Below, in pieces: positions 57,100 through 64,000 of a stretch of DNA of 64,000 nucleotides. The stretch covers positions 256,001 to 320,000 of the forward strand of contig OZ219785.1 in NCBI GenBank assembly GCA_964291285.2. Reading direction: 5' to 3'. The notes beneath the pieces are model-generated. The model was given only the letters and a program-made list of their open reading frames with translations. It was not told the origin of the DNA and searched no databases. How positions within the stretch are numbered: the first letter of the stretch is position 1; each line of letters opens with the position of its first letter. Both the position numbers and the translations under genes were made by a program. Source of the DNA: Alphaproteobacteria bacterium. GTDB taxonomy: Bacteria; Pseudomonadota; Alphaproteobacteria; Bin95.

Positions 57100-58869
57100 C
57101 TATTCCGCCGCGCGGCTGTCGGCGCTCTCGTTCTGCATGGCGGTGTCGACGCTGCCGTCCCGCATTACCGCGCGCAGGCGCGCCGTGGCGGCCTCGTCGG
57201 CCGTGCGGCCGTCGGCAGCGAGCACGACGCCGTAGTCCCGCTCCGCGCCCTCGGGCGAAAGCAGTTCGTTCAGTACGTCGCGGGCCACGGCCGTCGGTTC
57301 GCGGTCCAGCGGGTCGCCCCAGCCGCCGCCGCCCGCCAGCTCGTGCAGGAACACATCGCCCTCATGGATGTTGCGCGTAATCTTGGAGGGGACCGGCTCG
57401 CCGTTCAGATAGTTCGCCGCCGGCTCGCCCGGCTTGCCGCCGGAAAGGCCGTAGGGGCGGAAGGCCATGCGGTCGGCGCGCACCTGCAGCACCGCCTCAT
57501 GCTCCAGGAAGCGGTATTCCCGCCGGTAGGGCGCGCCGCCGCGATAGGCGCCCGGCCCCATCCGGTCCGCCACCAGGTCGTAGCGCAGCACCTGGACCGG
57601 CTGCTCCGCCTCCGTCACCTCGACCGAGTGCGAGGCCATGTTGGCGAACATGTTGGCGTTGCCCTCGAGCCCGTCCGCATAGGGCCGCCCGCCCCAGGTG
57701 CCGCAGGCGAAATCGACATAGATGAAGGGCCGGCGTTCCTTGTCGTAGCCGCCGATGGACACGCCCGTGTTGCCGCCGTCGGAGCAGGCGAACACCCTGT
57801 CGGGCGCGCACCCGGCGAGCGCGCCGAAGGCGCAGTCCACCATGCGGAAGCCCGTCAGCCCGCGCGCCGCGCAGGCCGCCGGCAGCACCGCATTGGCGAT
57901 GGTGCCCGGCGGGGCCGTCACCTCGATGGCGCGGAACACGCCTTCGTTATTGGGGATGCCCGGCGGCAGGATCGAGCGCACCGCGCAATAGGTCGCGGCC
58001 TTGGTGAAGGAGAGCGTGTTGTTGATCGCGCCCTTCACCTGCTCCGACGAGCCGGTCCAGTCGGCCTTCATCGAATCGCCCGTCTTGGTGAAGGTCACGA
58101 ACAGGCGGATCGGCTTGCCGACATCGATGCCGTCATCGTCGATCCAGTCCTCGAAGGACCAAGTCCCGTCCGGCAGTTCCAAGAGCGCCGCGCGGGTCAG
58201 CCGCTCGGCATAGTCGATCACCGCCTCCATATAGACGCCGACGCGCTCCTCGCCGTATTTCTCCACGAGGCCGAGGAAGGCCGCCTCCGCGATATGGCAG
58301 GCCGCAAGCTGGGCGCGCAGGTCGCCCGCAAGCCGCACCGGCACGCGGACATTGCTTTCGATCAGCGTCCAGAGCGTCTCGTTGCGCTTGCCGCGCTCGA
58401 ACATCTTGAGCGGCGGGATGCGCAGCCCTTCCTGGTAGATCTCCGTCGAGTCGGAGGCGTTGGAGCCCGCCACGCGCCCGCCGACATCGGTGTGGTGGCA
58501 GATGGTGCAGGCGAAGGCCAGCCGGCGCCCCTCATGGAAGATCGGCTGGAAGACGAAGATGTCCGGCAGGTGCATGCCGCCGTCGAACGGGTCGTTCAGG
58601 CAGAACACGTCGCCCGGATGGATGTCGTCCCGGAACCGCTCGACCACCGTGGCGAGCGCGGTCGGGATCGACCCCAGATGCCCCGGCAGGGTGAGCCCCT
58701 GGGCCACCAGCCGCCCGTCGGCATCCGCAAAGGCGGTGGAGAAGTCCATATTGTCGCGCAGCACGCCGGAATAGGTGGTCCGGCAGATGGTGAGCGCCAT
58801 CTCGTCGGCGATCGAGAAGATGGCGTTCTTGAAGAGCTCGAAGGCGATGGGATCGTCGATTTCGGTCAT
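57100..58869 (-). CDS. Hydantoinase B/oxoprolinase family
   Basis: NDPFDGGMHLPD, HHTDVGG, EIYQEGLRIPP, GGGGWGDPLDR. Confidence 0.92.
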   Translation of the reverse strand: MTEIDDPIAFELFKNAIFSIADEMALTICRTTYSGVLRDNMDFSTAFADADGRLVAQGLTLPGHLGSIPTALATVVERFRDDIHPGDVFCLNDPFDGGMHLPDIFVFQPIFHEGRRLAFACTICHHTDVGGRVAGSNASDSTEIYQEGLRIPPLKMFERGKRNETLWTLIESNVRVPVRLAGDLRAQLAACHIAEAAFLGLVEKYGEERVGVYMEAVIDYAERLTRAALLELPDGTWSFEDWIDDDGIDVGKPIRLFVTFTKTGDSMKADWTGSSEQVKGAINNTLSFTKAATYCAVRSILPPGIPNNEGVFRAIEVTAPPGTIANAVLPAACAARGLTGFRMVDCAFGALAGCAPDRVFACSDGGNTGVSIGGYDKERRPFIYVDFACGTWGGRPYADGLEGNANMFANMASHSVEVTEAEQPVQVLRYDLVADRMGPGAYRGGAPYRREYRFLEHEAVLQVRADRMAFRPYGLSGGKPGEPAANYLNGEPVPSKITRNIHEGDVFLHELAGGGGWGDPLDREPTAVARDVLNELLSPEGAERDYGVVLAADGRTADEAATARLRAVMRDGSVDTAMQNESADSRAAE

Positions 58870-58914
58870 GGCAGGGGAGCAAACCACAGCTTGGCGGCCG
58901 GGAACAGAAGTAAA

Positions 58915-59865
58915 TCAGCCCGGCGGCGCCTGCATCAGCGCCATGAAGGACGCCAGCCCGACAAGAGTGACGAACACCGCCCCGGCATAGTTCATCCCGT
59001 GCCGGAGCGCGCCCAGGCCCCGGTTGCCGCCGGCCCGCTCCATGACCCGCATCGCGGTCTGCCTGGCGAGAATCGCGCCCACCCACAGAATGCAGATGCT
59101 GAGCCCGATCCCCAGCGACATCGCCGCCACGAGCAGGAACCCCGGAACGATCATGCCGTTGGCCACCGCGTAAAGCATGATGAGCACCGCGCCGGGGCAC
59201 GGCGCCATGCCCGCGGCGAGCGCCAGCAGGCCGCCTTCCGCCCTGCCGCCGTGATCGTGATGGTGGCCGTCATGGCCGTGGCGGTGATGGTGGCCGTGAG
59301 CGCCGGCGCCGGGATCGAGCGAGGCCCGGACGGCCGAATACAGCATGTACACGCCGATTCCCACGATGATCAGGAAGCTCCCGGCGCGCAGGCCCGGCAC
59401 TTCGGAGAGCCCGATGCCGAACCCGGCCTTCAGCGCGATGTCCGCCAGCCAGACGACGACGACCGCGGCGATGACATGGACGATTGCGACCTGCGCCGCC
59501 ATGACGACCCCGCGCACGACCCGCGCCTCGCGGCCGAGAAAATAGGAAACGATGACGAATTTCCCGTGCCCCGGCCCGAAGGCGTGGATGCTTCCATAGG
59601 CGAATGCAATCGCCAGCCCCAGAAAGAAGGCGCCGAGGTCGTCGCCGCGCTGCAGGGCGCTCATGTGCAATGCGATTTCCGCATTCGCCTGGCGCTGGAA
59701 TTCGACGGCCGGCCCGATGAGGCGCGCGAGCCGCCCGCCGCCTTCGGCCGTTGCGGCGTCCGGCGCCGCCTCCGTGTGCGAGCCCGCTTCCGGCGCGGCA
59801 AAGGAGGCCGCCAGCGCCAGCGCAAATGGCGCCATCCACAGCCGCATTCCAGTGCCGGGCAGCAT
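58915..59865 (-). CDS. Ni/Co transporter (RcnA/NiCoT-like)
   Basis: YGSIHAFGPGHGK, His-rich loop, GMAPCPGA; start uncertain. Confidence 0.85.
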   Translation of the reverse strand: MLPGTGMRLWMAPFALALAASFAAPEAGSHTEAAPDAATAEGGGRLARLIGPAVEFQRQANAEIALHMSALQRGDDLGAFFLGLAIAFAYGSIHAFGPGHGKFVIVSYFLGREARVVRGVVMAAQVAIVHVIAAVVVVWLADIALKAGFGIGLSEVPGLRAGSFLIIVGIGVYMLYSAVRASLDPGAGAHGHHHRHGHDGHHHDHGGRAEGGLLALAAGMAPCPGAVLIMLYAVANGMIVPGFLLVAAMSLGIGLSICILWVGAILARQTAMRVMERAGGNRGLGALRHGMNYAGAVFVTLVGLASFMALMQAPPG

Positions 59866-59949
59866 GGCTCGAATGTTCGGACACCGGTCGGGCGTGTCAA
59901 GCAAGACATGGCGCCGGGCAATCGCCCGGCATCGAGCGGAGCCTGCGTC

Positions 59950-61080
59950 TCAGACCTTGCCGGCGGCGGCGGGATAGTCGTTTATGCCGAGTTCGCCCCG
60001 GAAATCGGCGCTCATCTGCGCTTTCTGCACCTCCAGCGGAATGCCGGTCGCATCGGCGACCCGCACCACGGCATTGAAGATGGCGAGCACGCCGGCGGCA
60101 TCGACCAGCGCCTCGCCGCCGATTTCCTCATGCAGCCGGTCCCGCGCCGCCGCAAAGCCCGCCCTGCCCTCTTCGTAGAAGCTGTCCGCATAGGCGGTCA
60201 GCGCCGCCCCCGCCGCGACGCCGCCGCCGGTCCCGTCCCCGGCGACCATCGCCGCCAGCTCGTAGTCGTCGCCCGTATGTTCGCCGCTCTCACGGAGCAG
60301 CACCGCATGGCTGGTGGTTCAGTAGACGCAGCGGTTGATGGCCGACACCCGGCCCGCGAGGAACTCGGTCTGGGCGTGGGTGAGCGCGCGGTATTCGGTG
60401 CCGTAGTCCCGGAGCTGCCCGTCGGGCAGGTAGTGCACCGAGTCCATGTCGAAGAAGCCTGTGACTTCCGCGGGCACCAGCGAGAGCGCGCGGTGGATGT
60501 TCACGGCCGAGAGCCCGTCATACATGCCGGCCTCCGCGTCGGTCAGGTCCTCCGGCGCCACCGTCGGCACCCAGGCGAGCCCCTCCTTCGCGCCCGCCGG
60601 CCGGCGCCGGCGCGGCTCCCCGGCAACGGGCGCCGGCAGCGCATGGCGCGGCAGCCCCATGGCGTCGCAGAAGCTGTCGACGGCGATGACCGTCGCCATG
60701 ACGCCCACCGTCTCGACATATTCGGCGTCGCTCAGCCCGCCGGCCAGAGCGTCGGCGTAGAAGCGCGGCGTCAGGCGGCCGGGGTCGGTGCGGATGCGGT
60801 GGACGACCTCGACCAGCACTTCGGGCAGGTCCGTCGCCGTCTCGTGCGCGCCGGTCACGGCATAGGGCGAGAGCGCCGCCTTGCGCTCCCGGCAGAGTCC
60901 GCAACGTTCCGCCGCGCGGGTCTCCTCGGCGATGGCGATGCGCACGGCGCCCGGCCACCACTCGCCCGGCGCCGCCAGCCGCGCCCAGGCGCGCTGCTGG
61001 GCGGCAACGAGGTCGCCGCGCACCGGCAGGGGGCTCAGACGATAGTCGAGGGTCCCGATCCCTGCTGTTTCCCCGGACAT
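59950..61080 (-). CDS. AhpD-like alkylhydroperoxidase-related selenoprotein (in-frame UGA at 60319-60321)
   Basis: ORFs 60319-61080 and 59950-60303 are in frame, separated only by TGA: NRCVY(U)TTSHAVLLR; SECIS-like hairpin follows. Confidence 0.75.
60283..60301 (-). promoter_or_regulatory. Putative bacterial SECIS hairpin
   Basis: GCUGCUC-CGUGA-GAGCGGC, stem starting 17 nt after the UGA, GU in the apical loop. Confidence 0.6.
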
Positions 61081-61482
61081 GGCCCGCCTCCCGTTTGCTG
61101 TTTCCGGCAGTGTACCACGGCCGGCCCCGGATCGGGTTCAGGCAGGCTTTGCGGGCGTCCGTGCCGGCGGCGGAGGATCGTTACATGCTTTTTTTCCTGA
61201 AAAGAGTTTGACTTTGTCCCTGAATGGCCTATATTACCCTCCATAAGAGTATGAATCGGGAACGAACAGGCAGATGACCTGACGGTGCTGAGCGCGTGCG
61301 GCATGGGCCGCCTTGTGGCGCTACTCGGGATTTCGAAGGGCGAAACCGGCCTCGGGCCGGGCAGGGAAGGTGCGCGCGCCGGCCGCGGGAGAACCGACCG
61401 AGTTGTCGTAATTCCGGGGTGGAATCCACGCGCCCGACCCGTTCGAAATAGGCCGCCGGACGGTGCGGCCGGGGGAGGAGTC

Positions 61483-61887
61483 ATGACGGACTTGCTGGCG
61501 GGACGGAGCCAGGGGCTGGCGTTCGGCGAGGACCTGCGCCGCCGGGCGGTTGCGGCGGTGCTGGACGAGGGGATGACCAGGGCGGCCGCGGGCCGGCGGT
61601 TCGGGGTCCATCCCCAGAATATCTCCCGCTGGGTGAAGCGCTATCGGGAGCGCGGCCATCTGCGGCCCGATCCGAGGGGCGGCGACTCCCGGTCCTGGCG
61701 GATCGAGGCGGAGCGGGACCGGATCCACCGCCTTCTGGAGAGGCGGCCGGGCATCAGCATCCGCGCGCTTCGCGACGCGCTGGCAGCGGAGGGCGCCGAG
61801 TTCGGGTTGGGCGCGGTGCAGCGCTTCCTGAAGCGCCACGGCCTGGAGCGCGCCCGCCGCCCGGCCGGGGCCGGCCGGCGCAGGTGA
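61483..61887 (+). CDS. IS630-type transposase N-terminal HTH only
   Basis: EDLRRRAVAAV..GMTRAAAGRRFGV...ISRWVKRYRERG..PRGG; no DDE domain follows; RBS GGAGGAG. Confidence 0.65.
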   Translation: MTDLLAGRSQGLAFGEDLRRRAVAAVLDEGMTRAAAGRRFGVHPQNISRWVKRYRERGHLRPDPRGGDSRSWRIEAERDRIHRLLERRPGISIRALRDALAAEGAEFGLGAVQRFLKRHGLERARRPAGAGRRR

Positions 61888-61954
61888 CGGCGGGCGCCCG
61901 GCAGCCGCGCCGATTGCAGGCGGCGGGCCGGCGGAGTAGAAGACGGGCGCCCGG

Positions 61955-62031
61955 CGGGGCGTAGCGCAGCCTGGCAGCGCGTCTGCTTTGGGAGCAGAAG
62001 GTCGCGAGTTCGAATCTCGCCGCCCCGACCA
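61955..62031 (+). tRNA. tRNA-Pro(TGG)
   Basis: Canonical cloverleaf CGGGGCG...TCTGC-TTTGGGA-GCAGA...GTTCGAATC...CGCCCCGACCA. Confidence 0.96.
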
Positions 62032-62112
62032 CCGTTCGGACCGCGCGCCCTGCGCCAGCCCGGTCGAGCGCCCGGATTGCGTTACGGGCCCGGGAACGGG
62101 AGGACGGACGGC

Positions 62113-62310
62113 ATGAGCGGCGAAACGGCGGTCATCATCCTTGCGGTCATCGGCGCCGGGGCTGCTCTCGGCCTGCTGATCGTTCCGGGCCAACGCGAAT
62201 TGCGGCGCGACATTGCGAACCTGTGCGAACGAATGGCGCGCGTCGAGGGTGCGGTCGAGGCCCTGCGCAACGCCATTGCGGGGCAGCGGAGGGGAACCGC
62301 CCGCGAATAA
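62113..62310 (+). CDS. Small TM plus coiled-coil hypothetical protein
   Basis: MSGETAVIILAVIGAGAALGLLIVP..RELRRDIANLCERMARVEG; RBS GGAGGA. Confidence 0.55.
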   Translation: MSGETAVIILAVIGAGAALGLLIVPGQRELRRDIANLCERMARVEGAVEALRNAIAGQRRGTARE

Positions 62311-62847
62311 ATCCCGTCCGGCGGGGCCGTTCGTCCTCGTCGCGCGGTTACCGGCGCACGCAACGCATTTTCGGCACTGCCTGGGGCCGGCGTCGGCCTC
62401 CCGACTAGGCGTCCGCACTTACGCCTGCTCGCCGCTCCGCTTGGTGAAGCCCTCGAACAAGCCCTCCAGACGGGCCATGCGCTTGCGCAAGTCGGACATA
62501 TCGCGATGCAGGTTCCAGAGAAAGCCCGCACCACGTTGCGGCGATCCGGTCTAATCCCGTCCGCTCGATCCGTTTCATGCCTTCCACATACCGACAGCGC
62601 TGACCCACCTGTGCCGGGTCGCCCGCTTCCGTAATGGGACTCCGTAGCAGCCAGCGCCGTTGAAGCCTTTGGCAATAGCGGGTGACCCAACCAAGCGGGA
62701 CCCGTGGCGCTGTTTGCAGGGCTATCATCCCAGCAAATTATTTTTCACCAAACGATTGACAAGAGTACATATCCATGATAATTGCGGAGACGGCGGTGGT
62801 GCGGAGAGGCTTGACTCCATTCTGTCTTGATGCAAAATGCGTCTGAA

Positions 62848-62922
62848 GGCGGGGGAGCGTGACGGCCACGCCGGGAACTAGAAAATCCACGTAAGCCGGT
62901 TCGACTCCGGTCCCCGCCTCCA
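62848..62922 (+). tRNA. Atypical tRNA-like gene (Cys-like body, loop reading AGA)
   Basis: GGCGGGG/CCCCGCC acceptor, T-CCA end, GCCGG-TTCGACT-CCGGT T arm, GCGT/ACGC D stem; anticodon stem imperfect. Confidence 0.65.
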
Positions 62923-62933
62923 GACATGCCGAA

Positions 62934-63007
62934 CAGGGGGTAGTCTAGCTGGTAAGGCACCCGCTTTAGGAGCGGGAGACTTGGGTTCGAGACCCAACCC
63001 CCTGACC
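62934..63007 (+). tRNA. Atypical tRNA (Pro-like body, TAG anticodon, short variable loop)
   Basis: CAGGGGG/CCCCCTG-A acceptor, CCCGC-TTTAGGA-GCGGG anticodon arm, TTGGG-TTCGAGA-CCCAA T arm; ends ACC without full CCA. Confidence 0.75.
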
Positions 63008-63230
63008 GGCGTTTTAATTAGCGTTGACATATTACCTCTTGTCAAGCGCCCTAGTTCTTGATATTTCGTTCAACTGGTGGCTATAGGGAACGCTACCATG
63101 CTGGATAAGGCCAAGCTCGACCTGTTGGCCAAGGTCATGCAGCGCGTGGTTCAGGAACGGCTAACCCCCAATGCTCCCGCCAAGGAACCGCCGCAACCGG
63201 CGAAGTGATCAAGAGACGCAGCAGAGCTTT

Positions 63231-63338
63231 TGGTGCAGGCGGTGGGATTTGAACCCACGGGGCACGGGGTTGCTTGGAAGCTTGCCGCGCCCGCCGGCGT
63301 CTAAGGCCGGTGCAATAAGCCAACTCTGTTACACCTCC
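63231..63338 (-). tRNA. Atypical class II tRNA (TAG anticodon, very long variable arm)
   Basis: GGAGGTG/CGCCTGC-ACCA, CCGGC-CTTAGAC-GCCGG, ~34-nt variable region, GTGGG-TTCAAAT-CCCAC. Confidence 0.7.
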
Positions 63339-63798
63339 AATAGCGTAGCGCCCCGGTTGATATCATATGTCAGCCGGGGCGCAGCTATAACCTAGCATCG
63401 GCTAGTCAAGATAAATCTTGAATGCGCATTTGCCATGATCGCGGGCATAGACGCGCGTGCCGTCTTTCTTGGTGAACCAAGGCCGCAGAATGTATCGGCG
63501 ACCATCGGTATCAACGTAGATCTGATCGGACATTATGTCCTCCACTGGAAAACCTGTGGAGAGACACTTGCGCTAAACAAACTGGTGCGGGTAAGGTTGC
63601 CTTGCTCGCGCCTGATCAGCGCAAGTGCTCTCTGTGGGAGAGTGGGGTCGAGGTCGTCCAAGGGCCTCGGCCCCTTTCCGTTTGACACCTCCTGTCAACG
63701 ACAGGCGTCAGGCTAGATCACAGGCAGTGAGGCGTCAACATACGAGATGCATGGGAAAGTTTGACAAACTACACAACATCTTGGAAACTGTGGATAAC

Positions 63799-64000
63799 TT
63801 AGTCCACCACCAACCCGGTACACATCACCCGCTTGCCAATTAGCCCAACTACCACGTCGCGCATTTGAGCAATGGTGTCCTCATCTCGCACGTTATGGCG
63901 GCCGGCGAACTCGGTAACGTAGCGATGCAGGTACTTCTGGCTAATCTTGTGGAAAGTGCCCTTATGCGCCCGTTTAAGCATGGCCCAAAATGACTCAATG
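63799..64000 (-). CDS. IS1595-family transposase, C-terminal part (5' outside window)
   Basis: IESFWAMLKRAHKGTFHKISQKYLHRYVTEFAGRHN matches the IS1595 DDE C-terminal motif. Confidence 0.88.
   Translation of the reverse strand, partial: IESFWAMLKRAHKGTFHKISQKYLHRYVTEFAGRHNVRDEDTIAQMRDVVVGLIGKRVMCTGLVVD

Noticed and set aside
56269-61200. 1643-aa + strand ORF
   Set aside because: Antisense shadow of well-supported minus-strand genes in high-GC DNA; no motifs
63098-63208. 36-aa ORF MLDKAKLDLLAKVMQRVV... between the tRNA-like genes
   Set aside because: Plausible micro-ORF but no homology or motif evidence

Overview
GC-rich alphaproteobacterial chromosome segment (rpmG, dinB, glnS, mnmE, pgk, rpe, TRAP/TAXI transport, catabolic genes) interrupted by several accessory blocks. 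The main one is a ~15 kb island (about 15.4-30.8 kb) carrying an NHLP (nitrile-hydratase-leader, proteusin-type) RiPP cluster. It has a precursor with a six-residue core WCCCGT, the three-gene NHLM export system, an MMPL exporter, two paralogous class I methyltransferases and an unannotated enzyme resembling ABBA-type peptide prenyltransferases. No YcaO, LanM, radical SAM or halogenase gene is present. The cluster forms two convergent operons, each headed by a copy of the same 297-bp sequence, and an IS256 sits 32 bp upstream of the precursor. Other notable items: a probable UGA-recoded AhpD-like selenoprotein (CVYU plus a SECIS-like hairpin); an IS110 whose bridge-RNA guides can be read from the sequence; a dispersed non-coding element with phased CATGACAT repeats (two diverged copies, one hit by two ISs); a type II R-M island; and three atypical tRNA-like genes beside an IS1595 transposase near tRNA-Pro. 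All calls are from reading the sequence; no database searches were run.
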